DNA of 50,683 nt, taken from the NCBI GenBank assembly GCA_036745195.1, contig DAIOGO010000001.1, positions 40,252 to 90,934 on the forward strand. Reading direction: 5' to 3'. This DNA is from Actinomycetota bacterium (lineage in GTDB: Bacteria > Actinomycetota > Acidimicrobiia > Spongiisociales > ZC4RG35). Shown here in pieces: positions 35,588-45,288 of this stretch. The notes below the pieces were generated by a model, which was not told where the DNA came from, did no database searches, and saw only the letters and a program-made list of their open reading frames with translations. Positions within the stretch are counted from its first letter, which is position 1; each line of letters opens with the position of its first letter. Both the position numbers and the translations under genes were made by a program.

Positions 35588-35833
35588 ATGGGTCTCCTCA
35601 GATGGGCGTTTGCGCTTGGCCTCGGGTTCGTCATCTGGCGGGTGGCTGTTACGACGATCCGCATGCTCGCCACCCCACCCCCACCGGTCGACCCCGATGA
35701 CGTGGTCCCGGTACGACAGGACTACAAGTGTTCGGTGTGCGGGACCGAGGTGACCATGACGGTTCAGAATGTGCGCGAGGCGCTGGCGCCGAAGCACTGC
35801 CGGGAGGAGATGGTCCCGGTCTGGCGCCCTTGA
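35588..35833 (+). CDS. Small membrane-anchored protein with C-terminal zinc-ribbon-like CxxC...HC motif
   Basis: 81 aa with N-terminal TM (WAFALGLGFVIWRVAVTTI), then YKCSVCGTEVTM...KHCREEM. No family recognised. Confidence 0.5.
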   Translation: MGLLRWAFALGLGFVIWRVAVTTIRMLATPPPPVDPDDVVPVRQDYKCSVCGTEVTMTVQNVREALAPKHCREEMVPVWRP

Positions 35834-35858
35834 CCGGCGCCGTCGATGGCCAGGTCGA

Positions 35859-36104
35859 CTACCGGTAGTTGGTGGTCATCAGGAACCCGCCGGCGATGGC
35901 GGCCAGGCCGGCCCCGGTGACCCAGTTGTCGAGGTTGAACGCGAAGCGGGCCAGCACCACCAGCACTCCTACACCCATCAGCCCCGACATGAGCGCCACA
36001 TACCAGGTGGGGGAGGGTGGCTTCCCCGACCCCCGCGCTGCGGTCGGGTTCTTGGGCGGTGTCGGGGCGGTGTACTTGGGCTTGCGACGTTTTGACTCTG
36101 GCAT
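35859..36104 (-). CDS. crgA: Cell division protein CrgA
   Basis: 81-aa product MPESKRRKPKYTAPTPPK...SPTWYVALMSGLMGVGVLVVL...GFLMTTNYR shows the canonical CrgA architecture and motifs. Its position next to trpG/pknB matches Mycobacterium. Confidence 0.9.
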   Translation of the reverse strand: MPESKRRKPKYTAPTPPKNPTAARGSGKPPSPTWYVALMSGLMGVGVLVVLARFAFNLDNWVTGAGLAAIAGGFLMTTNYR

Positions 36105-36178
36105 ATTGCTCCGGTCCGGGAGCGTAGTCGGCCGGACGGATGGTTCGTCGGTCCCTGCGGTCGGTAACCTTGTCCGGG

Positions 36179-36742
36179 ATGCGGGTCCTCGTCATCGACA
36201 ACTACGACAGCTTCACCTTCAATCTCGTCCAGTATCTGGGCGAGTTGGGGGCCGACCCCACCGTGGTTCGTAACGACGTGCTGGCGCCGACCGAGGCGGC
36301 GGGGCTCGGGTTCGATCGTCTGCTCATCTCCCCGGGCCCGGGTCGCCCGGCGGCGGCGGGCTATTCCGTCGAATACGTCGCCACCCTCGGCACCGAGATC
36401 CCGACCCTGGGGGTCTGCCTCGGTCACCAGGCGATCACCGAGGCCTTTGGCGGCAAAGTCGATCTGGCGCCCGAGCCGAGGCACGGTAAAACTTCGACGA
36501 TCACCCACGACGGCAAGGGTCTCTTCGCCGGACTAGAGAATCCGTTCATCGCCACCCGGTATCACTCGCTGGCCTCTGTCAGCCTGCCGCCGGTCCTCGA
36601 GGCGTGTGCCTGGAGTCTGGAGGACGACGTGATCCAGGGGATTCGTCATGTTGAGTTGCCGATCACCGGGGTCCAGTTCCATCCCGAGTCGATCATGACC
36701 ACCCAGGGCAAGGAACTGCTCCGGAACTTCCTCCAGGGTTGA
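36179..36742 (+). CDS. trpG: Anthranilate/aminodeoxychorismate synthase glutamine amidotransferase component II
   Basis: MRVLVIDNYDSFTFNLVQYLGELG, catalytic GVCLGHQAI, HPES. ATG 36179. It cannot be assigned to TrpG versus PabA from sequence alone. Confidence 0.9.
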   Translation: MRVLVIDNYDSFTFNLVQYLGELGADPTVVRNDVLAPTEAAGLGFDRLLISPGPGRPAAAGYSVEYVATLGTEIPTLGVCLGHQAITEAFGGKVDLAPEPRHGKTSTITHDGKGLFAGLENPFIATRYHSLASVSLPPVLEACAWSLEDDVIQGIRHVELPITGVQFHPESIMTTQGKELLRNFLQG

Positions 36743-36758
36743 CCGGAGCGCACCCGAT

Positions 36759-37550
36759 TCACGCCCGGGTCAGCCGAAACCCGTCCGGTTCGGCCACCAC
36801 CAACCCCTCCGCCAGCAGCGAGTCGAGAGCCGCCTCAGATTGGTCATGCCGAACGGATTCCACCGGTCCCCCGGTGGCCAGCGCCTTGAGGATCATGGCC
36901 CGGGCCTGGCGGACCGAACCGCGATAGGTCGATTGCCGGGCGGGCGCTTGGTAGAAGCCGGGATCGCGGCACCACTCGCTGACCGGGCAGCGTGCGCAAT
37001 CAGGAGACGGTGTGCAGATGGAGGCCGCCAGATCCATCACCGCCTGGTTCCAGTCGCGGGCGGGGATGCCGTCCATCAACGGGGCAAACTCGCCAGGCCC
37101 GGCCGTTCTCCCCAGCCAGCGTCCCACCACCCGCCGCAGGTTGGTATCGATCGCCGGCACCGCCTGGTCGAAGGCGAAGCAGGCAACCGCCGCCGCGGTG
37201 TATGCGCCGACACCCGGGAGCCGGCGGAGCCCTTCCACCGTCGTCGGCCAGCCGTGCAACTCGATCAGCGCTGCGGCCCGCCACAGATTGACGGCCCGTC
37301 GTTGGTAGCCGAGGTTGTCCCACGCCTCGATGACTGCAGCCAACTCGGCCGAGGCGAGCGAGGCGGGGGTAGGGAAGCGTTCGAGGAATCTACGGTGGGC
37401 AGCCACCACCCGCTCGATCTGGGTCTGCTGGGACATCACCTCGGAGACGAGGATCGACCAGGGCTCCTGCCGCCGGCGCCAGGGCAGGTCTCGAGAGTTG
37501 CCGAGGTACCAGTGGTGGAGTGCGCGATTGCGCGGCTCCGTTCGGTCCAC
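36759..37550 (-). CDS. mutY: A/G-specific adenine DNA glycosylase, short MutY-family form (HhH-GPD plus 4Fe-4S, no NUDIX-like domain)
   Basis: RDLPWRR, SEVMSQQTQIERV, HhH LPGVGAYTAAAV, catalytic Asp context AIDTNLRRV, cluster loop CTPSPDCARCPVSEWC (C-x6-C-x2-C-x5-C). The start lies 1 nt after the pknB stop. Confidence 0.8.
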   Translation of the reverse strand: MDRTEPRNRALHHWYLGNSRDLPWRRRQEPWSILVSEVMSQQTQIERVVAAHRRFLERFPTPASLASAELAAVIEAWDNLGYQRRAVNLWRAAALIELHGWPTTVEGLRRLPGVGAYTAAAVACFAFDQAVPAIDTNLRRVVGRWLGRTAGPGEFAPLMDGIPARDWNQAVMDLAASICTPSPDCARCPVSEWCRDPGFYQAPARQSTYRGSVRQARAMILKALATGGPVESVRHDQSEAALDSLLAEGLVVAEPDGFRLTRA

Positions 37551-37551
37551 C

Positions 37552-39471
37552 TCAGCCCGGAGCGACGGTGGTCGGCGGCGAGGTTGTGGCCGGCGGCGGC
37601 GCCTTGCCCAGGTTGACTTGGACCGGGCTGCCCTTGGCCACGGTGGTGCCCGGCGCCACGCTCTGCTGGACCACCCGGTCGATCAGGTTGGGATCGGTGA
37701 CCTCGATCCTGGTGTCGGCCACCACCAGGTCGAGACCGAGACCGGCCAGGATGCTGGAGGCGGCATCGACCGTCTTTCCGGTCAGGTCCGGAACCAGCAC
37801 CTGCTCCGGACCATCGGAGATCACGAGCACCACGGTGTCGCCCGCCTTCAACTCCGCACCCACCGGCGGCACTGTGCGGATGATCATGCCGGCCACCACG
37901 TCGGGGTCGTTCTCGCGCTGGATCTCCCACACGAGCTTCAGCTGTGACAGCTTGGTGGTCGCCTCCAACTCGGTGAGCCCGCGCAGGTCGTCGAGAACCA
38001 CCGTCTCGGGCCCGGCCGAGATCACCAGGTCGATGGGAGTCTCCGGTGGGGCGTCGGAGCCGGCCGGCGGATTCTGCGAGATGACCGTCCCTGGCTCCTG
38101 GTCGGAAGTCGGATCCTCGGTGACTGCGCCGAGCTGGAAGCCCTGTGGCTCGATGAGTTGGGCGGCATCCGACAGGGCCAGTCCGTCGAGCCTGGGGACC
38201 CTGAACTGCTGGATGGCGCCGGCCACGATCACCTGCACCTCGCTACCCCTCGCCACCTGCTGGTCGGCCGGCGGTTCTGTCCGGATGACGGTCCCTTCGG
38301 CGAAGTCGGCGCTCTCCTCTGCGACGGGGATGGGAACCAATCCGGCAGCGCTGATCTGGCGGATGGCGTCGGCCTGGGTGAACCCGATCACGTTCGGGAC
38401 AGTGACGGTGTCACCCCCGATGCCCGGACCGTTCAAGAACCGGAACAACAGGAACACGAGCACGCCGAGGGTGGCAAGGAGGGCGAAGGTCCCTACCACG
38501 AACGCCAGGTTGGATGACGGCGCCTCTTCCAGTTCGCGGTAGGCCTCCTGGGGGGGAACGGTGGCGGGCGGAGGGGTGACGGGGATCATTCGCGTGGAGC
38601 CGGTGTCGGCGACAGGCGGGACGACCGCCGCAGCTTCGACCGTTCCATCCCCTTTGAGTACTCGCCACAGGTCCTTGCGGAAGTCTTCGGCCGTCTGGTA
38701 GCGGGCCATCGGGTCCTTGTTGAGGGCCTTGAGGACGATCGAGTCGAGACCGGCGGGCACATCCGGGTTGAGAGCGGAGGGAGGAGGAACCTCGCTCGAG
38801 ACGTGCTGGTAGGCGACCGCCACCGGGCTGTCACCCCGGAAGGGGGGCTGGCCGGTGACCATCTCGTACAACACCACCCCGAGCGAATAGACATCCGAGC
38901 GCTCGTCGGCGGGTTGTCCCTGGGCCTGCTCCGGTGAGAAGTAAGTGGCTGTTCCGAGCACCGCCCCGGTCCGGGTCAACTCGGCAGAGTCGTCCCAGGC
39001 GCGGGCGATCCCGAAATCGGTGACCTTCACGGTGCCGTCGGCGGCGAGGAGGATGTTGCCCGGCTTGATGTCACGGTGCACCAACCCGGCCCGGTGCGCC
39101 ACCGACAGCGCCGCCGACACCTCGGCGGCGATCTCGACCGCCCGCCGCGGGAGTAGGGCGCCGGCCGAACGGAGCACCTCGCGCAATGAGCGGCCGTCGA
39201 CCAGTTCCATCACGATGAAGTAGGTCGAGTCGAGCTGGCCCCAGTCGTAGATGCCGACGATGTTGGGATGGGTCAGGTTGGCGGCGGCCTGTGCCTCCCG
39301 CCGAAACCGCTTGACGAAGGCCTCGTCCGCCGAGAACTGCGAGTGGAGCACCTTGACGGCCACCTTGCGGCCGAGGAGACCGTCGCGCCCCTCGTACACG
39401 TCTGCCATTCCGCCGCGGGCGATGTGGGAGACGAGTTGGTAACGCTCGGTGAGAGAAAAGGGAAGTTCCAT
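37552..39471 (-). CDS. pknB: Ser/Thr protein kinase PknB with four PASTA domains
   Basis: Active kinase motifs VAVKVL, HRDIKPGNILL, DFGIAR, SPEQA. One TM, then four PASTA repeats (VPNVIGF.., VPRLDGL.., LDDLRGL.., VPDLTGK..). ATG 39471 (MELPFSLTERYQL) is preferred; ATG 39525 is the alternative. Confidence 0.93.
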   Translation of the reverse strand: MELPFSLTERYQLVSHIARGGMADVYEGRDGLLGRKVAVKVLHSQFSADEAFVKRFRREAQAAANLTHPNIVGIYDWGQLDSTYFIVMELVDGRSLREVLRSAGALLPRRAVEIAAEVSAALSVAHRAGLVHRDIKPGNILLAADGTVKVTDFGIARAWDDSAELTRTGAVLGTATYFSPEQAQGQPADERSDVYSLGVVLYEMVTGQPPFRGDSPVAVAYQHVSSEVPPPSALNPDVPAGLDSIVLKALNKDPMARYQTAEDFRKDLWRVLKGDGTVEAAAVVPPVADTGSTRMIPVTPPPATVPPQEAYRELEEAPSSNLAFVVGTFALLATLGVLVFLLFRFLNGPGIGGDTVTVPNVIGFTQADAIRQISAAGLVPIPVAEESADFAEGTVIRTEPPADQQVARGSEVQVIVAGAIQQFRVPRLDGLALSDAAQLIEPQGFQLGAVTEDPTSDQEPGTVISQNPPAGSDAPPETPIDLVISAGPETVVLDDLRGLTELEATTKLSQLKLVWEIQRENDPDVVAGMIIRTVPPVGAELKAGDTVVLVISDGPEQVLVPDLTGKTVDAASSILAGLGLDLVVADTRIEVTDPNLIDRVVQQSVAPGTTVAKGSPVQVNLGKAPPPATTSPPTTVAPG

Positions 39472-39543
39472 TGAACGGGGTGATTCTAAGGGGTCACGAC
39501 CGTGGTCCAATGCCAACCGGGTCATCGCCAGGGGCGGAGGCGC

Positions 39544-40995
39544 TCATCTCGCCAGCCACAACCGGATCAGTTCGCCGGCAATCGGGGCTGCCACCGAGCC
39601 ACCGGTGCCGTCCTCACCCGAACCTCCGCCGTCTTCCACCAGCACGGCGATGGCGATGGAGGGGTTGTCGACCGGAGCAAACCCGATGAACCAGGCCTCG
39701 GGTGCCCCGCCGGTTCCCTGGGCGGTCCCGGTCTTGCCCGCCACTCTGACCCCGGGCACCGAGGCCCTTCCCCCGGTTCCGTTGGTGACCACTCGTTCCA
39801 TCAAGTCGGTCATCACCGCCGCTGCCGCCGGCGACAGCGCCCGGCCCTCGACCACCGGGTCGAAAACCCGCTCGGTGACACCATCGGCGTTGAAGATCTG
39901 ACGGACCACGTAGGGGCGCATGGCCTCGCCCTGGTTGGCAATGGCGGCGGCCACCACCGCCATCTGCAGGGGTGTGGCGCGGACGTCACGTTCGCCGATC
40001 CCGCTCTGACCGAGGGCGGCGTCGTCGTTGCGCAGCGACGCCTCCGGGAAGGTGGATTCGGCAGTGGTCCAGGGAAGGTCGAACGGGCGATCGAAACCGA
40101 ACGCCCCGGCGGTGGCGCCGACCGGCTGGGCGCCGAGTTGGATGGCGAGGTCGGCGAACACCGTGTTGCACGACCTGACGAAGGCGATCTGGAGGGTCAC
40201 CGAATTGCCGTCCAGGCAGAGCCGATCCCCGAAGTTGGAGATGGTGGCGGTCGACCCGGGGAGGGGGAATTCGCTGACATCCGGGAACTCGGTCTCGGGG
40301 CTGGCAAACCCCGACTCGATCGCCGCCGCCGCCACGATGGTCTTGAAGGTCGACCCGGGGGCGTAGAGGCTGTTGCCGGCCCGGTCGATGAGCGGGGTGA
40401 GCGGGTCGTCGAGCAGTTGCTGGCGAGCCTCGACGGCCCCCGCGGCGGTGAGACGGTTGGGGTCGTAGGAGGGGGCGGATACGTAGGCGAGGATCTCGCC
40501 GGTGGACGGGTCGAGCGCCACCACCGCCCCCCGCTGACCGGCCAGGAGTTCGTAGGCCTTTCGCTGGAGGGTGGGATCGATCGATACCTGGACGCTGCGC
40601 GGGCGGAGATCGCCGCCCAGGGCGGCGGCGATCAGGTCGGAGATCGTGAAGTCGCGCCGGGAGCGGAGTTCGTCGGCGAAGGTCCGCTCGACCCCCACGC
40701 TGCCCGCCAACAGGCTGGTGTACCCGACCACCGGGGCAAAAACCTCCCCTTCCGGGTATTTCCGGTCGTAGGAGGTGGGCTCCTGCGGGTTGGGGTCGGA
40801 CCGGGCCAGCACGACACCGTCTCTGGTCACGATCACCCCCCGCTCCTTTCCACTCTCGCTCAGGGCGGTGCGGGTGTTGCGAGGGTCGTTGCGGTAGCGG
40901 TCGACCGCCAGCACCTGATACCAGGTGACTGCCCCCAACAGCATCCCGAACGCCACGAACAGGGCAACGGCCAGACGGCGGGTGGGTCGGTTCAC
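39544..40995 (-). CDS. pbpA: Penicillin-binding protein A (class B transpeptidase)
   Basis: GTG 40995 overlaps the rodA stop (GTGA). N-terminal TM, with SxxK (GSTFK), SxN (SCN) and KTGT motifs. The upstream 276 codons of track ORF 39544..41823 overlap rodA out of frame and were discarded. Confidence 0.9.
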   Translation of the reverse strand: MNRPTRRLAVALFVAFGMLLGAVTWYQVLAVDRYRNDPRNTRTALSESGKERGVIVTRDGVVLARSDPNPQEPTSYDRKYPEGEVFAPVVGYTSLLAGSVGVERTFADELRSRRDFTISDLIAAALGGDLRPRSVQVSIDPTLQRKAYELLAGQRGAVVALDPSTGEILAYVSAPSYDPNRLTAAGAVEARQQLLDDPLTPLIDRAGNSLYAPGSTFKTIVAAAAIESGFASPETEFPDVSEFPLPGSTATISNFGDRLCLDGNSVTLQIAFVRSCNTVFADLAIQLGAQPVGATAGAFGFDRPFDLPWTTAESTFPEASLRNDDAALGQSGIGERDVRATPLQMAVVAAAIANQGEAMRPYVVRQIFNADGVTERVFDPVVEGRALSPAAAAVMTDLMERVVTNGTGGRASVPGVRVAGKTGTAQGTGGAPEAWFIGFAPVDNPSIAIAVLVEDGGGSGEDGTGGSVAAPIAGELIRLWLAR

Positions 40996-42281
40996 GTCGC
41001 CTCCTCGTGCGAGATCCGGGCGAGGAGGGCGATGAGGATGAAGTTTCCCACCAGCGACGACCCGCCGTATGACATGAAAGGCAGTGTGATCCCGGTCAGT
41101 GGAACCACCCGGAGCACACCCCCGATGATGAGGAAGGTCTGGATCCCCAGGGTCAAGGTGAGCCCGGTGGCCAGCAGCTTTCGATACCGATCGCGGGACG
41201 AGAGGGCGATGCCGAATCCGGCGGCCACGATCAGCGCATACCCACAGAGCACCGCCACCGAACCGGCAAACCCGAACTCCTCGCCCACCGCCGCAAAGAT
41301 GAAGTCGGTGATCGCCTGCGGGATCAGGTCGGGCCGGCCCTGTCCCGGGCCTGATCCGGCCAGGCTCCCGGTACCCAGCGCAAACACCCCCTGCCCGACC
41401 TGATAGCCGGCTCCGGCGAAGTCCGAGAACGGGTCGAGCCAGGCGGTGACCCGGCGCTGGACGTGATCGAACAGCTGCCAGGCGACGAACCCGCCCGCCG
41501 CCATCAGCCCCAACCCGCCACTGAGATAACCCGACTGACCGGTGGCCGAGTAGATCAGCCCCACGAAGACGGAGAACAGAAGGAGGGAAGCGCCGAGGTC
41601 GCGTTGGGAGACGAGCACCCCCAGACTGCCGACCCAGATCAGCAGCAGCGGGAGCAACTGACGGGGCTCGGGAATCGAGACGAAACCGATCCTCCTTCGC
41701 GCCCCGGTCAGTGCCGGCTGGCGGTCGGCCAGGTAGGCGGCCAGGAATCCGACGAACGCCAGCTTCGCCAACTCGGCGGGCTGGAAACTGAGACCGGTGA
41801 ATCCGAGTTGGACTTCGATCCATAACCGCGATCCGTTCACCTCCTTGCCTCGGATGACCCCCAGATCAGGCAGCAGGGGCATGAGCAGCAGCAGGACTCC
41901 GGAGAGGAACAGCACGTTGCGGTACCGGCGCAAGACCCCGACTCCCTTGCGGCCGGTCCAGGCCAGCACGATCACCGCTGCCACTGCCCCGATCACAAGC
42001 CACCAACGCTGGAGTGAGGCCTTCTGCTGGTCGAGGCGGTACACCTCTATGAATCCGAAGGCGGCGACCAGGGCCACCGGGGGGAGGAGGGCGCTGGTGG
42101 CCTGAGGGGCAAATCGCCGGATGGCGATATGGACCAGGCCAAAGGCGAGCGCGAAGGTGAGGAAGGTGAGCCCGCTCTGGGCGTCGGCGGTCCCTCCTCT
42201 GGCGAATTCGACCAGCGCCACGCCAAAGGCAGTGAGAGCCGCGGCTCCCGCCAGGAGCGCGGCCTCGAGGTTGCGTGTCAT
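40992..42281 (-). CDS. rodA: SEDS-family peptidoglycan polymerase FtsW/RodA
   Basis: 429-aa polytopic membrane protein with conserved SEDS motifs (FQPAELAKL, TDFIFAAVGEEFGF, PLTGITLPFMSYGGSS). Confidence 0.93.
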   Translation of the reverse strand: MTRNLEAALLAGAAALTAFGVALVEFARGGTADAQSGLTFLTFALAFGLVHIAIRRFAPQATSALLPPVALVAAFGFIEVYRLDQQKASLQRWWLVIGAVAAVIVLAWTGRKGVGVLRRYRNVLFLSGVLLLLMPLLPDLGVIRGKEVNGSRLWIEVQLGFTGLSFQPAELAKLAFVGFLAAYLADRQPALTGARRRIGFVSIPEPRQLLPLLLIWVGSLGVLVSQRDLGASLLLFSVFVGLIYSATGQSGYLSGGLGLMAAGGFVAWQLFDHVQRRVTAWLDPFSDFAGAGYQVGQGVFALGTGSLAGSGPGQGRPDLIPQAITDFIFAAVGEEFGFAGSVAVLCGYALIVAAGFGIALSSRDRYRKLLATGLTLTLGIQTFLIIGGVLRVVPLTGITLPFMSYGGSSLVGNFILIALLARISHEEAT

Positions 42282-42994
42282 CGGGGCGTGGCCACCACGT
42301 CGATCACCACTGCGGTGATGTTGTCATGACCCCCCGCCCGATTGGCTTCGTCCACCAGACCCCAGGCGGCCTCTTCGGGGGAGGGTCTCGCCAGCTGCAG
42401 CCGTATCTCTTCTTCCGACAGCATCGAACTGACGCCGTCGGAGCAGAGCAGCAAGCGGTCGCCGGGGGCGACCGGCACGTCGAAAGCATCCACCTCGACG
42501 TCCGGCAGGAGCCCTAGAGCCCTCGTCAGCATGCTGCGCTGCGGATGGGTGGCGACCTCTTCGGGCGAGATCGAACCGGTACGCAGGTACTCGGCCATCA
42601 CGGTGTGATCGACCGTCAGTTGGAGCAGATCGCCCGCGTGGATCAGATACGCCCGGCTGTCACCGACATGGGCAAAGCGAAACGAGCCCTCGGGGTCGAA
42701 CTCTGTCAGTGTCAGCGTCGTCCCCATTCCAGCCAGCCCCGGATCCGTGCGGGCGTGCTCGATGATTGCAAGGTTGGCGGCGGTCACTCGTTCGGCCGGG
42801 TCGGACGCGTCACGGCCGGCGGCGGCGATGGCGAGGCGCGAGGCGATCTCGCCGGCGGCATGGCCTCCCATCCCATCGGCCACCATCAACACGGTCGGCT
42901 CACCGCTGCGGCCGGAACTGGCCGGGAAGACCGAGTCCTCGTTGTTGGTTCGGATACGGCCCTGGTGGGTGGCGACGGCCCAGACGATGTTCAT
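42278..42994 (-). CDS. pstP: PP2C-family Ser/Thr phosphatase (PstP-like, catalytic domain only)
   Basis: NEDS, VADGMGGHAAGEIAS, LLLCSDGV, DNITAVV motifs. 238 aa with no TM or extracellular segment. Overlaps the neighbouring genes by 4 nt on both sides. Confidence 0.9.
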   Translation of the reverse strand: MNIVWAVATHQGRIRTNNEDSVFPASSGRSGEPTVLMVADGMGGHAAGEIASRLAIAAAGRDASDPAERVTAANLAIIEHARTDPGLAGMGTTLTLTEFDPEGSFRFAHVGDSRAYLIHAGDLLQLTVDHTVMAEYLRTGSISPEEVATHPQRSMLTRALGLLPDVEVDAFDVPVAPGDRLLLCSDGVSSMLSEEEIRLQLARPSPEEAAWGLVDEANRAGGHDNITAVVIDVVATPR

Positions 42995-43404
42995 CGCACC
43001 TCCATGACCGTCTTGCCCACCTGGACCGAGTCGCCCCGGTTCAGGTCGACCGGGGCGGTGGCCCGGCGCCCGTTCACATATGTTCCGTTGGTACTGCCGA
43101 GGTCGGTGAGCACGAGTCTGCCGTCTTTGGTGGTGAGGCGGAGATGGAACTCGGAAGCGTAGGCGTCGTCCAGTTTCACGTCGGCCTGGTCGCTGCGACC
43201 GAGGACGACGGAGTCGCGCACGGTGAAGTCGAGACCGTTCTGGGTGTCCGAGCGCACCACCAACATCCGGGTTCCGGGTCGGCGACCCCGACCACCCTGG
43301 CGAAGGCCGAGGTGGGACGAGATCGAGCGGGCCACCTGCCAGATGAACAGATACACCAGGGCCAGGAAGATGAGACGGAGGGCGGTGAGGAGGAAGTCAG
43401 GCAT
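42991..43404 (-). CDS. fhaB: FHA-domain protein FhaB/FipA (N-terminal TM plus FHA)
   Basis: ATG 43404 gives MPDFLLTALRLIFLALVYLFIW (TM), then an FHA domain (VVLGRS...SEFHLRL...DLGSTNGTYVNG). ATG 43437 is an alternative start overlapping fhaA. Confidence 0.88.
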   Translation of the reverse strand: MPDFLLTALRLIFLALVYLFIWQVARSISSHLGLRQGGRGRRPGTRMLVVRSDTQNGLDFTVRDSVVLGRSDQADVKLDDAYASEFHLRLTTKDGRLVLTDLGSTNGTYVNGRRATAPVDLNRGDSVQVGKTVMEVR

Positions 43405-44059
43405 GACGGGCCCTCTCGAATCGGAACCCGGCCTCACCCAGGACGACGTGTGATCCGACCGCCACCTCGACGCTGGTGCCGCCGATCGGAATGCCGTCGA
43501 TCACAGTGCCGTTGGACGACCCCAGATCGCGGATCTGGATCCGCTCCGACTCCCGCCAGATCACGGCGTGGCGGCGGCTGGTGGCGTCGCTGGGGACGAC
43601 CACGTCGCAATCCGACCCTCGACCGAGCACTGCGTAGTTGACCGCCACCGGCAGGGTTTCCCGGCCGACCAGGCGGGCCCAGGGGAGCCTCGGTCCCGGT
43701 CGGAACGAGGGGATGCACCGGATCGAGCCATGCGCAACCGAGATCTCGCTGCCGAGGGTCACCTCGACCGGCCCGTCGAGGCGCCAGCCACGCTCGAAGG
43801 CCGACTCCTCCACCAACCGGCCCAGTTCGCCGACCAGGCCGGCCGAATCTGCCGGAACGGGACATTCGTCCGGGTTGGCGAGGATGTCGAAATGGTTGGG
43901 GGCGAGCAGCCCGAACTCGCCAGGTCGCGAGCCCAGGTCTGCCTCGCGCATGATGCGCGCCACCATCTCCACCGGGTGCAGTTGACCCCGGAACACCCGG
44001 GCGGCGGCCCCATCGAGCATGGCCTCGATGCGCATCTCGAGCTGGCGGAGAAGCTTCAT
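43397..44059 (-). CDS. fhaA: FhaA-like protein (DUF3662 N-terminal domain plus FHA), short form
   Basis: MKLLRQLEMRIEAMLDGAAARVFRGQLHPVEMV is the DUF3662 start. C-terminal FHA domain (AVLGRGSDCDVVV..SRRHAVI..DLGSSNGT). 220 aa, with no long linker. Confidence 0.88.
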   Translation of the reverse strand: MKLLRQLEMRIEAMLDGAAARVFRGQLHPVEMVARIMREADLGSRPGEFGLLAPNHFDILANPDECPVPADSAGLVGELGRLVEESAFERGWRLDGPVEVTLGSEISVAHGSIRCIPSFRPGPRLPWARLVGRETLPVAVNYAVLGRGSDCDVVVPSDATSRRHAVIWRESERIQIRDLGSSNGTVIDGIPIGGTSVEVAVGSHVVLGEAGFRFERARHA

Positions 44060-44155
44060 CCCCGAGAACGGTACCCGTGATCCGCTCCTGTCCGGGAACC
44101 GGCTCCGGTCCCGCTTCCGGTGTTGTCGCGGGCCGCTAGGATGCCGATCCCACTC

Positions 44156-44239
<84 letters not shown>

Positions 44240-44240
44240 C

Positions 44241-45260
44241 TTGCTGCAAGACTCGTATCGCCGGCCGCGCCGCCGCCGTCGCCGTCTGGTCATCCCGATC
44301 GTTCTCACCGTTGTCGTCGGCTTCGGGCTGTTACTGGCTCTGACCACGGGAGGCAACGACAGCCCGCTCTACTCCGAGGAGTTGCGCAAGAGCACCGTCG
44401 AGCTGTCACTGAAGGCGGAAACGTACCGCAACCTGGTCCTGGCGATGGGAACTACCGACCGGGCCGTGCTCGACGAGACGACCACCGCCATCCTCACCAC
44501 GATCGGCGAGACCGAGCAACTGCTTTCGGAGGCCCCCGATGACCCCGCCTACGCCGCGCCGGTGGAGGTGCTGCGGCTGACGCTCGACCAATGGAGGATC
44601 GGTCTGGAGGCGTTGAGGACCGAAATCCTGGCGGTGGCGGACGACACTGCCGAACCGTTGCCGTCGGTGCGGTTGCTCAATTCGCTCATCGACATGAGGG
44701 GTGGTGATCGCCTGTTCCGTTCCTTCGTCGCCTCGATGGAGCGGGCCGACGTGACGCAACCGGTTTCGCCGTTTCCGGTAGTCGAGTTCGTCCCGGTCCA
44801 GATCGACATGAGCTCGCTTGGTGATGCCCTCCTCCTCGCCGCCTCCAATCCGGAGAGCCCGCTCAAGCTGCGGGCCGAGCTGGCACTCACCCAGGTCATC
44901 ACCGAACCGGAGTTGATCGTCAACACCGATGGAGGGCTGGTGGTGACCGACACCGAATCACTCGTCGTCAAGGCAGTGGTGAGCAACGGGGGAAACACGG
45001 TCACAGAGCCCATCGAGCTGCTCCTCACCCTCCTGCAGGGGGGAGCAGTGGTGGCGGAGAGAACAGTCACGGTCGGGCCGGTGGGACCCGGTGCCCAGAC
45101 CACGGTCGCCTTCGACGCTCTCGATGTCGTCCCCGGATCGGACTACGGACTCGTCGTGTCCCTCCCCATCAGCCCGGGTGAGGAGATCACCGAGGACAAC
45201 CAGCGCGTCTTCGATTTCCGGGTGAATGAGCCGGTTTCGACCTCGACGACGGCGGCATGA
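44241..45260 (+). CDS. Membrane-anchored hypothetical protein with C-terminal CARDB-like domain
   Basis: A basic N-terminus (RRPRRRRRR) is followed by a TM (LVIPIVLTVVVGFGLLLAL) and a CARDB-like beta domain (VVKAVVSNGGNTVTEPIELLL...GPGAQTTVAFDAL...NQRVFDFRV). The stop is firm. The start is uncertain: TTG 44241 lies 2 nt after tRNA-Leu, and the only in-frame GTG (44199) lies inside the tRNA. Confidence 0.6.
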   Translation: MLQDSYRRPRRRRRRLVIPIVLTVVVGFGLLLALTTGGNDSPLYSEELRKSTVELSLKAETYRNLVLAMGTTDRAVLDETTTAILTTIGETEQLLSEAPDDPAYAAPVEVLRLTLDQWRIGLEALRTEILAVADDTAEPLPSVRLLNSLIDMRGGDRLFRSFVASMERADVTQPVSPFPVVEFVPVQIDMSSLGDALLLAASNPESPLKLRAELALTQVITEPELIVNTDGGLVVTDTESLVVKAVVSNGGNTVTEPIELLLTLLQGGAVVAERTVTVGPVGPGAQTTVAFDALDVVPGSDYGLVVSLPISPGEEITEDNQRVFDFRVNEPVSTSTTAA

Positions 45261-45288
45261 GGCAACTTCCCTACCATTCGCACTGCTG

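Noticed and set aside
39502-41403. 633-aa plus-strand ORF antisense to pbpA/rodA, and the N-terminal extension of ORF 39544..41823 beyond 40995
   Set aside because: pbpA begins at GTG 40995 (GTGA overlap with the rodA stop), with its TM helix right after the start. The extension overlaps rodA out of frame.
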